64,000 bases of DNA from Thermodesulfobacteriota bacterium (GCA_040757175.1 JBFLXM010000049.1:29532-93531), one strand, 5' to 3'; positions 46,076-57,598 are shown, counted from the first letter of the stretch. Notes: generated by a model from the sequence alone, not told the origin. Numbers and translations are program-made.

Positions 46076-48718
46076 TCAGAATTGGCTGCCAACGGTAAAT
46101 TCCCAGTTGCTGTGTTTCTCCCAGGACTTGGGCGCCAGGTTATAGCCCCATTCCACCCGCAAGGGGCCCATGGGCGAGAACCATCTAAAGCCGACTCCCG
46201 CCGCGGTGCGCAAGAAGGGATTAATCTGGTTGGCGCCGTAAACATTACCCGCGTCGAAGAAGACGGTGCCCATCACTCCCAGCTTCGTAAGCAGTGGAAA
46301 GCGATATTCGACGTTAAGCTGTACGAACTTGTCGCCCCCGATGCGGTCGTTCGTCGAGGGATCCCGGGGGCTGATATCAGCATATTTAAACCCGCGGATG
46401 GAGTCAATGCCCCCCAGATAAAACTTCTCGTACGCGGGCAGGGCGCCCCAGGGTAGTTTTTGCATATAACCGAAGCGCCCGTGCAGGACTCCCACGGTTT
46501 TCCAGAAGAGAGGGAAATACCATCCTGATTCCGCAATATAACGCATGTACGCAGTATCTCCTCCCAAGCCGGCCATTTCCAAACTGATGCTGTTGTCAGA
46601 GCCACGGGTGGGGTTGAAGACGGCATCCCGGGAATCCCGCCTGACGGACGTGGAAACCGCGCTGGTGTTATGGATGGTAGCGGCTTCCTGCAATACCGGC
46701 GAGGCATTGGTCTGCAGGCCGGAAAGCTTGACATTTTCAAAGCGATACATGCCGTAGATACGGGTATACTGCCAACGTAAGGGATGGCCGAAACGTACAT
46801 CCCCGCCCCAGCTATTCCGGGTATATTCTGTGTAGTCCCGGGACCAATTGAAAAGATCAAAACCGCTGGACAGGGGCCGGTCAAAGAGATAAGGTTCCGT
46901 AAAGCTGAGCCGGAACCGGTGGGAGATGGCGCCTACGATTCCCTGCACCTTCAATTGCTGCCCCCGGCCGAACAGGTTGTTCTGGCTGACTTCCACCAAT
47001 CCCACTAACCGATCCTGGGTGCTGTAACCCGCACCGAGTCCAAAGGTGCCGGTAGGTCTCTCTTTAACGGTAATTTTGAGATTCATCCGGTCTGGGGCGC
47101 TTCCCGGATTGGTGCTGAAATTCACATCTTCAAAATACTCCAGGCGCCGCAGGTTCTTAATGCTCTCTTTGAGCTTGGTGGCGGAGAACATCTCCTGTTC
47201 GTAAACCCGCAACTCCCGCCGGATTACTTTGTCCCGGGTCCTGACATTGCCGGCGATCTCAATGCGGTCGAAATAGACCTTCTTCCCTTTGTGCAAATCA
47301 AAAGTCACATCCACCGTCAGATTCTGGTCATTTTCCTTAACCAGGGGGGTGACATCGGCATTGGCGTACCCGAAGTCCGCATAAAAATCAGAGAGGGTGG
47401 AAATGTCTTTCTGCACCACCTCCCGGCTGTAAATCTTTTCCTTGGGCAGGTCGATGAGGTCGTTGAGCTTAGCCTTCTCCTCTAAAAGTTCTCCCTGGAA
47501 ATCGATCTTGCCGATTTTATACTGGGGGCCTTCCTCCACGGGGATGGTGATATAGATGTTTTTCCCCTGAATATCTATTTTGGGTTCTCCCACCTTGGCT
47601 TTGATGAACCCATGGTTGAAATAATAGGCGGCCACTTTTTCCAGATCCCGCTCCAGGACCTCCTTTGTCAGTTTTCCAGTGCCGGTAATGAAAGAAATAA
47701 GACTTTTTTCCTTGGTCTCCATGACCTTTTTCAGCTCTTTGGCCTTGACCGACTTATTGCCCGTAAAGTTGATTTCCTTGACACCCACTTTATCGCCTTC
47801 GTTGATGTGCAGCACCAGGGTGGTTTCGGTTTTGCTCACCGGTATTAGTTCATAGGTTACCTTGGCCTCATAATATCCCTTATCCCGGTAAAGATTGATG
47901 ATCTTATTGATATTTTCTCTAATAGCCGTTTCCGAAGCCACCATGAAAGGTTTGAGGTCGGTGACCTCCAGGATCTTATCCTTTTTGATCTTGTGCTGGC
48001 CCTTGACGATGATCTCTTTAACGGCCGGTTTCTCCTGAACCAGCAAGGTCAGGACCCGGCCCTCCGGAGTATCGCTGACATCGAACTTTACATCCGTGAA
48101 ATACCCCATCTTGTAGACGGCCTTTAAATCATCACGGAGACGGGAGGGGGAGATGATTTCTCCTTCCCGGGTCTGCATGACGCCCAGGATGGCGTCTTTT
48201 TCAATGCGGCGGTTCCCTTTGATGATAATGCGATTGATCCGCTCTTTCCCCAAAATTTTGAGGCTCACATCCTGGGCCAACTGGCGGCTGAGGCCGGGAA
48301 GGGCCTTCAGCCCCGTGCCTTGAAGTTTGATGGGGGCCGTGGGGACCCGGCGGGAGAGGTCCAGAATCTTTGCCTCCAGGGCCAGGGCATCAGCCACGAT
48401 GATCAATTGGCCCCAAATAACCACATCCGCGCTCACCTTGCGGCCGATCTCCTGGGCCAGGGTCTCGGTCAGCGGCTCCTTAATCTTGGCTAGTTCCCGG
48501 TGCAAATCTTCCTGGGAGACCAGGGTAAAACCCTCGGTCTTGAGCCGGTCATCCATTTCCTGGCGGACCTTTTCCCCCAAAACCTCCATTGGCGTCTTGC
48601 TGACGACGCTAAAAGGCAGAACCGCGACTTTCTTAAAGACTAACTCTTGTTCCTGAGCCAGTGCTGGCCAGGAGCAGGCCAGCACTAAAAGGATTGGAAA
48701 TATCAGGCGTTTTAACAC
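46076..48718 (-). CDS. bamA: Outer-membrane protein assembly factor BamA with an extra N-terminal domain
   Basis: POTRA repeats (e.g. INRIIIKGNRRIEKDAI, VKEIIVKGQHKIKKDKI, VKEINFTGNKSVK). C-terminal beta-barrel ending in Phe. About 130 aa precede POTRA1. Confidence 0.9.
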   Translation of the reverse strand: MLKRLIFPILLVLACSWPALAQEQELVFKKVAVLPFSVVSKTPMEVLGEKVRQEMDDRLKTEGFTLVSQEDLHRELAKIKEPLTETLAQEIGRKVSADVVIWGQLIIVADALALEAKILDLSRRVPTAPIKLQGTGLKALPGLSRQLAQDVSLKILGKERINRIIIKGNRRIEKDAILGVMQTREGEIISPSRLRDDLKAVYKMGYFTDVKFDVSDTPEGRVLTLLVQEKPAVKEIIVKGQHKIKKDKILEVTDLKPFMVASETAIRENINKIINLYRDKGYYEAKVTYELIPVSKTETTLVLHINEGDKVGVKEINFTGNKSVKAKELKKVMETKEKSLISFITGTGKLTKEVLERDLEKVAAYYFNHGFIKAKVGEPKIDIQGKNIYITIPVEEGPQYKIGKIDFQGELLEEKAKLNDLIDLPKEKIYSREVVQKDISTLSDFYADFGYANADVTPLVKENDQNLTVDVTFDLHKGKKVYFDRIEIAGNVRTRDKVIRRELRVYEQEMFSATKLKESIKNLRRLEYFEDVNFSTNPGSAPDRMNLKITVKERPTGTFGLGAGYSTQDRLVGLVEVSQNNLFGRGQQLKVQGIVGAISHRFRLSFTEPYLFDRPLSSGFDLFNWSRDYTEYTRNSWGGDVRFGHPLRWQYTRIYGMYRFENVKLSGLQTNASPVLQEAATIHNTSAVSTSVRRDSRDAVFNPTRGSDNSISLEMAGLGGDTAYMRYIAESGWYFPLFWKTVGVLHGRFGYMQKLPWGALPAYEKFYLGGIDSIRGFKYADISPRDPSTNDRIGGDKFVQLNVEYRFPLLTKLGVMGTVFFDAGNVYGANQINPFLRTAAGVGFRWFSPMGPLRVEWGYNLAPKSWEKHSNWEFTVGSQF

Positions 48719-48719
48719 C

Positions 48720-49430
48720 TCATTCCCCCTGTAAAAATACCGCCTTGCCGTCCACCAGGGTGACCCGGCGATCCAAAGCCTGGGCCAACTCCATATTATG
48801 GGTGACGATGACTGAAGTAAGACCCCGCTCCCGGTTAAGCTGGAGCAACAACTCCTGCAATCTGGCCCCGCTCTTGGGGTCCAGATTGCCGGTGGGCTCG
48901 TCCGCCAAGAGTACTTCCGGGTCGAGCACCAGGGCCCGGGCCACAGCCACCCGCTGCTGCTCGCCGCCGGAAAGGGTGGAGACCCGGTGGGTCAGGCGCG
49001 CCTGCAGCCCCACGCTAACCAATATGGCCTCGGCCCGCTTCCGCACCGAGGCATAGGGCTCCCGGGCGATAAGTCCCGGTATCATCACATTCTCCAGGGC
49101 ATTGAACTCCGGGAGCAGATGGTGAAATTGAAAGACAAAACCCACCTTCCGGTTGCGGAAGGCCGCCAAGCGGCGGTCATCCAGGGAGAAGACCTCTTCT
49201 CCATCCCAGAGAACCTCACCCCCGGAAGGCCGCTCCAGGGTTCCCAGGATATGGAGCAGGGTGGATTTGCCCACCCCGGAAGCTCCCACCACGGCCAAGG
49301 TCTCCCCGGAGAAGATGTCCAGATCCACCCCCTGGAGCACTTCCACCAGGATGCTGTTGTGTTTAAAGGTCTTGGTTAGCCCTCGGAGCCTGATTTTTAC
49401 AGGCTTCTCCTCTGGACGTCCGCCTACCAT
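48720..49430 (-). CDS. lolD: Lipoprotein-releasing ABC transporter ATP-binding protein LolD-like
   Basis: GASGVGKST Walker A, LSGGEQQRVAVARAL, LLADEPTGNLD. ATG at M9 of track ORF 48720..49454 is preferred. Confidence 0.85.
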   Translation of the reverse strand: MVGGRPEEKPVKIRLRGLTKTFKHNSILVEVLQGVDLDIFSGETLAVVGASGVGKSTLLHILGTLERPSGGEVLWDGEEVFSLDDRRLAAFRNRKVGFVFQFHHLLPEFNALENVMIPGLIAREPYASVRKRAEAILVSVGLQARLTHRVSTLSGGEQQRVAVARALVLDPEVLLADEPTGNLDPKSGARLQELLLQLNRERGLTSVIVTHNMELAQALDRRVTLVDGKAVFLQGE

Positions 49431-49460
49431 ATCACTTTCCCCCGGGGGCGTCAATCTTGC

Positions 49461-49495
49461 GAGTTTTGAGTTTCGAGTTCTCAGTTTTCAGGCTG
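49461..49495. repeat. Period-7 tandem array GAGTTTT GAGTTTC GAGTTCT CAGTTTT CAGGCTG
   Basis: Direct reading. Lies between the stop of 49530..49994 and the start of lolD. Confidence 0.85.
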
Positions 49496-49529
49496 ACACC
49501 GCGAATCAGCGGAGCCGATTAAGTTGCCG

Positions 49530-49994
49530 TCAACCTCTTTCGTCATCCCCATGTCCATTGCTTGCGTGGTTAATTTTGCCCTCTAATTCAAGCGGCTTCA
49601 AATTCTTGACCAGTTTGCAAAACAGAAGGGAACCAAACAAAACAACGTAAGAGCTAGGCCAGGCCCCCACACCTGCATAAGGGGTAACGGCCGCCACCCA
49701 GAGCAGCACAGAGCCGAATACGATGGGTACTGCGACTCGAAGATTTCGTTCGCGCAAACAAAAATAGGCCGCTACAAAGGTTATTATCCCAGAGATAAAT
49801 GCCACCCCGTTGAAAGTGTCTCTGATAAAAGGATCAGAAAAGGTCTGAGAAAAGGTCTGTCCATAAGCAAGATCAGTCGGCGGCAATGATTTGTTTAATG
49901 CGACCACAAACACGAACGCCGTCAAATAGCTCCCAACAAAACTGATTACCAGTATCAAGAATGGATTATTTCTTTTCTTCATCCATAAAACCAC
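49530..49994 (-). CDS. Hypothetical 4-TM membrane protein, AT-richer than its neighbours, inserted between lolCE and lolD
   Basis: 154-aa ORF with four hydrophobic helices. No family recognised. Flanked on both sides by period-7 arrays. Confidence 0.55.
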   Translation of the reverse strand: MVLWMKKRNNPFLILVISFVGSYLTAFVFVVALNKSLPPTDLAYGQTFSQTFSDPFIRDTFNGVAFISGIITFVAAYFCLRERNLRVAVPIVFGSVLLWVAAVTPYAGVGAWPSSYVVLFGSLLFCKLVKNLKPLELEGKINHASNGHGDDERG

Positions 49995-50075
49995 TGACCA
50001 CTGACCACTGATTACTGGCCCCTGACCCCTAATCCCTGCCCTCTGCCCATTAACTGCTCACTGCTCACTGCTCAC
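49992..50075. repeat. Longest period-7 array (about 12 units): CCACTGA x3, TTACTGG, CCCCTGA, CCCCTAA, TCCCTGC, CCTCTGC, CCATTAA, CTGCTCA x3
   Basis: Direct reading (coordinates +/-1). Spans the whole spacer from the lolCE stop to the start of 49530..49994. Confidence 0.9.
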
Positions 50076-51316
50076 TCATATCTGATGGCCTCCACCGGGT
50101 CCAGCCGGGCCGCCTGCCAGGAAGGATACAGCGTGGCCACAAAGCTGATGGCCAGGGCCGCGCCGATGATGAACACCAGGTCCAGGCCATCCACCCTCAC
50201 CGGCAGGGTGGAAATATAGTAAACGTCCCGGGGCAGCTTGATGAACTCATAGCGCTTCAGCAGGCCGCAGAGGAACAGGCCCAATCCCACCCCGATGCTG
50301 GTGCCGATCAAACCGATGACCATGCCCTTGAGGATGAAGATCTGCATGATGCTCTGCCGGGTGGCGCCCATGGATTTGAGGATGGCGATGTCCTTGGTCT
50401 TTTTCATAACCATCATAAACAGGGTGCTGGCAACGCCGAACGCGGCCACCAGGATGATCAGGGTGAGGATGATGAACATGGCGATCTTTTCCAGCTTCAA
50501 AGCCGAAAAGAGGCTGCGGTTCATCTGCATCCAGTCCTTAGTGGTGAATTGGGGGCCTAATTTCTCCTGGATGGCCGCGGCGATCCGGTCCGCGGCGTAG
50601 ATATCCTTGACCTCCACTTCCAGGCCGGTGACCCGGTCTCCCAGGCCCAGGAACTCCTGCAAAGAGGGGATGCTGGTATAGACCAGGGTGTTGTCGAATT
50701 CATACATCCCGGAATGAAATATGGCGGTCACCCGGAAGGGTTTCATCCGGGGCATCCGGCCCATGGGAGTGAGGGTGCCCAGGGGGGAGATGATGTTCAG
50801 ATAGTCGCCGATATTGAGGTTCAGGTTGCGGGAGAGTTCGTTGCCGATGGCGATGCGGGGCGGGTCGCCCGGGGCCGCCTCCGCCAGGTCGGCAAAGCGC
50901 CCTTTCGACACTTCCAGGCCCCGGGGGCCCCCTTTGCGGATAGTCTCCAGGTCCAGGCCCCGGATCACCCCCCCGGAGATATTGCCGGGAGCGGAAAGCA
51001 TCACCTGGGTATAGATGAAGGGGTAGTCATCCACCACCCCGGGAACGGTTTTTACCCGGGCCGCCACCTGGCGGTAGTCCGTCAGGCTGGTGCCGTGCTT
51101 GAGGACGATGATGTGGGCGTTGACGCTGAGGATCTTCTTCTTCAAGTCCTGGTCAAAGCCGGTCATCACCCCGATGACCACAATGAGGGCCATGACTCCC
51201 ACGGCGACGCCGGCTACGGAAATCAGGGTGCTCCAGGAGATGAAGCCTTTTTGCCGTTTGACCCCCCGCAGGTAGCGCAGGGCCACAAAAGTCTCAAAAA
51301 AACCCAAACATTTCAC
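50072..51316 (-). CDS. Lipoprotein-releasing ABC transporter permease LolC/E (FtsX/MacB-type)
   Basis: 414 aa. 4-TM FtsX-like topology with a large periplasmic loop. lolD nearby. GTGA-type overlap with lysS. Confidence 0.85.
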   Translation of the reverse strand: MKCLGFFETFVALRYLRGVKRQKGFISWSTLISVAGVAVGVMALIVVIGVMTGFDQDLKKKILSVNAHIIVLKHGTSLTDYRQVAARVKTVPGVVDDYPFIYTQVMLSAPGNISGGVIRGLDLETIRKGGPRGLEVSKGRFADLAEAAPGDPPRIAIGNELSRNLNLNIGDYLNIISPLGTLTPMGRMPRMKPFRVTAIFHSGMYEFDNTLVYTSIPSLQEFLGLGDRVTGLEVEVKDIYAADRIAAAIQEKLGPQFTTKDWMQMNRSLFSALKLEKIAMFIILTLIILVAAFGVASTLFMMVMKKTKDIAILKSMGATRQSIMQIFILKGMVIGLIGTSIGVGLGLFLCGLLKRYEFIKLPRDVYYISTLPVRVDGLDLVFIIGAALAISFVATLYPSWQAARLDPVEAIRYE

Positions 51317-52800
51317 CTTTCTGGCCGCATTTGGGGGAAGAGGATCACGTCCCGGATGGAGGGAGAGTCCGTGAGGAGCATCACCAAGCGGTCAATGCCG
51401 ATGCCTTCCCCCGCGGTGGGGGGCAGGCCGTGCTCCAGGGCCAGCAGAAAATCTTCATCCACTGCGGGGGGCTCTTCTTCATCGCCGGCCAGACGGGCGG
51501 CCACCTGCTTCTCGAAGCGTTCCCGCTGGTCATCCGGATCATTAAGCTCGGAAAAGGCGTTGGCCATCTCCCGTCCGGCGATGAACAGCTCAAAGCGGTC
51601 CACCACTTCCGGGTCGGCATCGCTCTTGCGGGACAAGGGGGAGGTCTCCAGGGGGTAGCCCAGGATAAAGGTGGGCTGCTGCAGATGGACCTCCACCAGC
51701 AGATCGAAGAGCTTGGTCAGGGCCCTCCCGTAACCTTCCCCGGGCCGCAGGGCGATGCCTTCCTCCCGGGCCAGGGCCACCAGGGCTTCCCGGTCCCGGA
51801 CCACCTCCCGGGGGATGCCTCCCACCGCGGTGAGAGATTCCCTCAGGTCCAGGCGCCGCCAGGGGGGGGTGAGATCGATCTCCTGGCCCTGATAAGTGAG
51901 CTTAAGACCCCCCAGGAGGTTTTGGGCCACATGGGCGACGAGGTCCTCCGTCAGGGTCATCAGGTCTTCATAAGTGGCATAGGCCTGGTAGAACTCCAGC
52001 ATGGTGAACTCCGGATTATGCTGGATGGACAGACCCTCATTACGAAAATTGCGGTTGATTTCAAAGACCCGCTCCAGTCCCCCCACCACCAGGCGTTTCA
52101 GGTAGAGTTCCGGGGCGATGCGCAGATAGAGATCCATATCCAGGGCCTGGTGATGGGTGATGAAGGGCCGGGCCGTGGCCCCCCCGGGGAGGGGCTGCAT
52201 CATGGGGGTTTCCACTTCCAGGAAGCCCCGGTCCTCCAGGAATTGCCGCACCAGGCGGATGATGGCCGTGCGTTGGACAAAAACCTCCCGCACCTGGGGA
52301 TTGACCATCAGGTCCAGATAGCGCTGGCGGTAGCGGGTCTCCACGTCCGTGAGACCGTGATATTTCTCCGGCAAGGGTTTCAGGGACTTGGTGAGCAGAG
52401 TAAGCTTCTGGACTGCCAGGGTAAGTTCCTGGGTGCGGGTGCGGAAGAGGGTGCCTTCCAAACCCACGAAGTCTCCCAGGTCCAGCTTTTTAAACAAGGA
52501 GAAGGCCTCGTCCCCCACCACTTGGCGCTGGACGTAGGCCTGGAGGCGCTCTCCGCTGCCGTCCTGAATATGGCAGAAGGAGGCCTTGCCGAACTCCCGG
52601 AGCAGCATCAGGCGGCCGGCCAGGCGGAAGGTCTGGCCCAGGTTCTCCAATTCCGGCCCGCTTACGGAGTCATATTGGCCCCGCACCTGGGCGAGGTGGT
52701 GGCTGGGCCGGAAGCGGTTGTAGAAGGGGTCGATCCCCTGTTGGCGGAGTTCAGCCAGCTTTTGCCGTCGCTGGCTCAAGATGCGGTCGGATAGGGACAT
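51313..52800 (-). CDS. lysS: Lysine--tRNA ligase (class II)
   Basis: OB-fold N-terminal domain, class II motifs (FRNEG..., GIGIDRLVMLL), 495 aa. Confidence 0.95.
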   Translation of the reverse strand: MSLSDRILSQRRQKLAELRQQGIDPFYNRFRPSHHLAQVRGQYDSVSGPELENLGQTFRLAGRLMLLREFGKASFCHIQDGSGERLQAYVQRQVVGDEAFSLFKKLDLGDFVGLEGTLFRTRTQELTLAVQKLTLLTKSLKPLPEKYHGLTDVETRYRQRYLDLMVNPQVREVFVQRTAIIRLVRQFLEDRGFLEVETPMMQPLPGGATARPFITHHQALDMDLYLRIAPELYLKRLVVGGLERVFEINRNFRNEGLSIQHNPEFTMLEFYQAYATYEDLMTLTEDLVAHVAQNLLGGLKLTYQGQEIDLTPPWRRLDLRESLTAVGGIPREVVRDREALVALAREEGIALRPGEGYGRALTKLFDLLVEVHLQQPTFILGYPLETSPLSRKSDADPEVVDRFELFIAGREMANAFSELNDPDDQRERFEKQVAARLAGDEEEPPAVDEDFLLALEHGLPPTAGEGIGIDRLVMLLTDSPSIRDVILFPQMRPER

Positions 52801-53195
52801 TTTTCAGGCCTAAAGAAATTTTGACAAAATATTAAGGAGATGATTCTTAAAACTTTAGATTTTTAGATTATTACCGAAATATAGTCAACCCCTAATCAGG
52901 GGGCCTGAGGGCTGCCGGGAAGTGTGCGCCCCGGGGCAATCTCTCTGCCTCCCGCCGTGCCCAGGATTCCCTGTGTCTCCCGGCTGGGGGGTGGAATCCT
53001 TTACCATAAGCCCAGAATATGACGTTTCTCAATTTAGATAATTTCCCGCCTTTTTTATTAATTCTATAGTTCAGCTTTAGTTTTTAATTTATGATACAAT
53101 TAAATTTAAATCCTCGAGAGCGGTGCCCGGACCCGGCCCAATTTGGCTCCAGGCGTAACTTTTTTTGCTTCTTAAAAATAATCTCGCATAATTTT

Positions 53196-53224
53196 TTGTA
53201 GATAAGAATAGTTTCTGCTAAAAT
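53196..53224 (+). promoter_or_regulatory. Candidate sigma70-type promoter TTGTAG-17-TAAAAT
   Basis: Hexamer and spacing match in an AT-rich divergent region. Only about 12 nt before ATG 53237, so it implies a very short leader. Confidence 0.3.
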
Positions 53225-53236
53225 ACGCAACCGAAA

Positions 53237-53670
53237 ATGTTCTCCCTGGAGACCTTTTCTCTGGAAATTAGCACCACCGGGGGCACCGACATCCTGGATC
53301 TCACTCCGGCGGTGGCCGATAAGGTGCGGCAAAGCGGCATGACCGCAGGCTTGCTCAATCTCTTCATCTCCGGGTCCACCGCGGCCTTGAGCACCATCGA
53401 GTACGAGTCCGGGGTGGTCAACGACCTGAGGGACGCCATCGAGCGCCTCTTCCCCCGGGACCTGATCTATGAGCACGACGCCCGCTGGGGGGACGGCAAC
53501 GGCTACTCCCACGTGCGGGCCGCTTTTCTGAAACCCTCCCTAAATATCCCCATTGAGGACGGACGCCTGCTTCTGGGGACCTGGCAGCAGATCGTCCTGT
53601 TGGACTTCGACAACCGCCCCCGGCAGCGGCGCATCCGGGGCCAAATCATGGGGATCAGGCCGGCAAACGG

Positions 53671-53674
<4 letters not shown>
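53237..53674 (+). CDS. yjbQ: YjbQ/UPF0047-family protein (secondary thiamine-phosphate synthase type)
   Basis: 145 aa. [16 protein letters not shown]...GNGYSHVRA...[12 protein letters not shown] motifs. Confidence 0.8.
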
Positions 53675-54679
<1,005 letters not shown>

Positions 54680-54687
<8 letters not shown>

Positions 54688-57130
54688 AAAAGAGTCCCCG
54701 GAAAAGATCAGACGCATTTTCGGACAGGGGCGCTGGAGCTCCCTGCTAAGCAAGCCCTTTGCCCTGACTTCCCTATCCAGCCGCCGGCAAGAGAGAATCC
54801 TCAAAATTCTCCTGCTCCTGGGACTGAGCCTGGCCATCACCATCATCCTGACTCCCCGGACCCACAAACCGCTCCGTCAATACCAGGTGGGGGATATTGC
54901 CCAGGAAAACATTAAGGCCATCGGCACTTTTCTGGTGGAGGACGTGGAGATCACCGCCCAGCGGCAGCGGGAGGTGCTGGCCGAGACTCCTCCGGTTTTC
55001 GATCTGGATGAGCAAGCCGCAGTCAAGGTTTCTGACCGCTTGCGCCAGGCCATGGAATTAATGCGCCGCAAATATCAGGAACTCGCCCAGGCCCCGGCCC
55101 CGGGAACGGGGCGGAGTGGGGCCCGGAATAATCCCCACCCCAGGTTTTCGGTGATATACAAGGGACTCCTGGAACAGAAGCCCGAGTTCGACCGCGTTCT
55201 GGGGACCACCATCCCCAACCCCACTTTCCATCTCCTGGCCCGGGCCGAATTTTCCCCCCAGTTGGAGGCCCTGATCAACCAGGTATTGACCCAGTTTTTC
55301 CGCCAGGGCATCATCAGCAGCCGTAATCTGCTGACCCCGGAGCCTAAGGAGATCTTGGCCCGGCGCCTCTCTTCCGGGAAGGAGCAACTGGAACGGCCCC
55401 CCTTCTCCTTTGTGGACTTGGAGGACGCGCGCAAGCCCGTCGCCGGCTACTGCCGGGAGATGGCCGCGGATTTCACGGCCACGGAACGCTGGCTGGTCTG
55501 CGATCTGACCCAGTATTTGCTGGTTCCCAATGTTTCCCCCAATTACGCCGAAACCCAGGAACGGCAGAAGGCCCGGTTAAAAGAACTGCGCCCCGCGTAT
55601 TTCCAGGTGAAAAAAGGGGAGATGCTGGTCCGGGAAGGGGAGCGCCTCACCCCCCTGCACCTGGCCAAGCTCCAGGCCCAGAGCCGCATCTATCCCCAGA
55701 GCCGCCGGGTGCTCATCTTTCTGGGCACCTTTCTCAGCCTCACCCTGCTCCTGGGAGTGACCTACGAGTTGGCCCGGGCCTCCCTGAAGCAATTTTCCCC
55801 CCGGCTCCGGGACCTGGTCTTTCTCTCCGTCCTGCTCCTGGCCGGTCTCATGCTGAACAAGGCCTTGCTGGGCCTGGGGGAGGCCGTCACCCGCATCAGG
55901 CCGGAGGTGGGCCAGAACCTGATCTATTTCCTGCCCGCGGGGCTGGCCGCCATGTTTGCCGCCATCTTCCTGGGCCTGGAAACCGGCGTGGGCATGGCGC
56001 TCCTCAGCGCCACCGTCACCGCCCTGCTCCTGGAGAAACCTTTTCCCTTCTTCATCTACCTGGTGAGCGCCGGCTTAACCGGGGTTTGGGGAGTGAAAAA
56101 TTGCCGTCACCACAACGTCCTGATCAAGGCCGGCCTTGCCATCAGCCTGGTCAACCTGGCCATGGTCAGCGCCTTTAAACTGATGGAATTTCCCTTTACC
56201 GCCCAGGACCTGTTTATCGCCCAGGCCTTCGCTCTGGGGGGCGGACTCCTCACCGGCGTTCTGGCCCTGGGCTTGACTCCCATTATTGAGGCAGGGTTCC
56301 ATTACTCCAGCAATATCCGCCTGTTGGAGCTTCTGAACCTGGACCAGCCCATCCTCCGGGAACTGATGCTCATGGCCCCGGGCACCTACCACCACTCCCT
56401 GGTGGTGGGCCAGATGGTGGAGGCCGCGGCCGAAGCCATCGGCGCCAACCCCATGGTGGCCAAAGCCGCGGCCTATTACCACGACATCGGTAAGGTGAAG
56501 AAACCCCTCTATTTCGTGGAAAACCAACTGGGCGGGGAAAATAAGCACGAAAAACTGGCCCCCTCTTTGAGCGCCCTGATCCTCATCTCCCATGTGAAGG
56601 ATGGCGTGGACCTGGCCCGGAAGCACAAGCTGGGGGATCGCATCGTCGACATCATCCAGCAGCACCACGGCAGCAGCTTCATCAGCTACTTCTTCCATAA
56701 GGCCAAGACCCAGGCGGGCCAGACCCAGCAGGTAAACGCCGAGGACTACCGCTATCCCGGTCCCCGGCCCCAGACCCGGGAGGCCGGCTTGGTGCTCTTG
56801 GCGGACCAGGTGGAAGCGGCTTCCAAGACCCTGAGCGACCCCACCCCGGCCCGCATCCAGGGCATGGTCCAGAAAATCATCAACAACGTCTTTGCGGACG
56901 GCCAGTTGGATACCTGCGAACTCACCCTGAAAGACCTGCATCTCATCGCCAAGAGCTTCAATAAGATCCTTAGCGGCATCTTCCACCAACGCATTCACTA
57001 CCCCGTGTCCCCGGAGAAGAAAAAGACCCATGAGGATCTGGATAAGCAACCGGCAAAGAAAGCTGGCAATAAATCCGGAGAAAATCAGGAAAAAAGCCGG
57101 GAAGATCTTAAACGCCTTGGGCTGGAGTGA
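54680..57130 (+). CDS. 7TM-HD (HDIG) membrane phosphohydrolase, PgpH/YqfF-like
   Basis: Multi-TM middle region. [11 protein letters not shown]...YYHDIGK HD motif. ATG 54680 overlaps the phoH stop, inside track ORF 54563..57130. Confidence 0.85.
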
Positions 57131-57479
57131 AGCCGAACTCAGCCTCACTCTGATCAGCGACCGGCCCATGGCCCTGCTTAACCGGCAGACCTTCGGGCGC
57201 CGGGGCCCCACCAACGTCATCGCCTTTCCCCTGCACCCCGCCTCCATCCCCGGAGGCCCGCCCCCCCTCCTGGGAGAAGTGGTCATTTCCCTGGAAACCT
57301 GCGCCCGCCAGGCCCGGGAAAGCGGCTGGAGCACGGAAGAACTCTTCGACTTTTTTCTCATTCACGGTATATTACATCTACTGGACTACGACCACCACAC
57401 CCCGGAGCAGGAAGCCCGGATGGAGGCGAAGAGCCGGGAATTATTGCGTTTGCTGCATCCGGATATAAAGGATATTTGA
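57030..57479 (+). CDS. ybeY: rRNA maturation endoribonuclease YbeY
   Basis: HGILHLLDYDH zinc motif and PTNVIAFPL. If this start is right it overlaps the upstream gene by 101 nt. Confidence 0.85.
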   Translation: MRIWISNRQRKLAINPEKIRKKAGKILNALGWSEAELSLTLISDRPMALLNRQTFGRRGPTNVIAFPLHPASIPGGPPPLLGEVVISLETCARQARESGWSTEELFDFFLIHGILHLLDYDHHTPEQEARMEAKSRELLRLLHPDIKDI

Positions 57480-57496
57480 GAGGCAGGCCAGGATTT

Positions 57497-57531
57497 GTCG
57501 GCTGTTAGCTGTCAGCGATCAGCTTTCAGCC
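57497..57531. repeat. Period-7 array GTCGGCT GTTAGCT GTCAGCG ATCAGCT TTCAGCC
   Basis: Direct reading. Inverted partner at 57662-57692. Confidence 0.85.
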
Positions 57532-57598
57532 AAAAAATTGCTGAACAACTTTTTTCTTTTAATAAATCCATATTGTAAATAAATAATGGTATTAAAAT

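Noticed and set aside
49975-50300. Apparent 1-nt disagreement between my hand-indexed sequence and the ORF track (start of 49530..49994, stop of 50072..51316)
   Set aside because: This is most likely my counting or reading error across line breaks and not a real frameshift. ORF-track coordinates are used for the genes, and repeat coordinates here are flagged as approximate.
57030-57130. 101-nt overlap between the HD-domain gene and ybeY as a sign of a frameshift or fusion
   Set aside because: Both reading frames give family-typical sequence: the YbeY N-terminus [12 protein letters not shown]... and a K/E-rich HD-protein tail. The overlap more likely reflects a poorly conserved tail or a later true stop usage, with no evidence for recoding.
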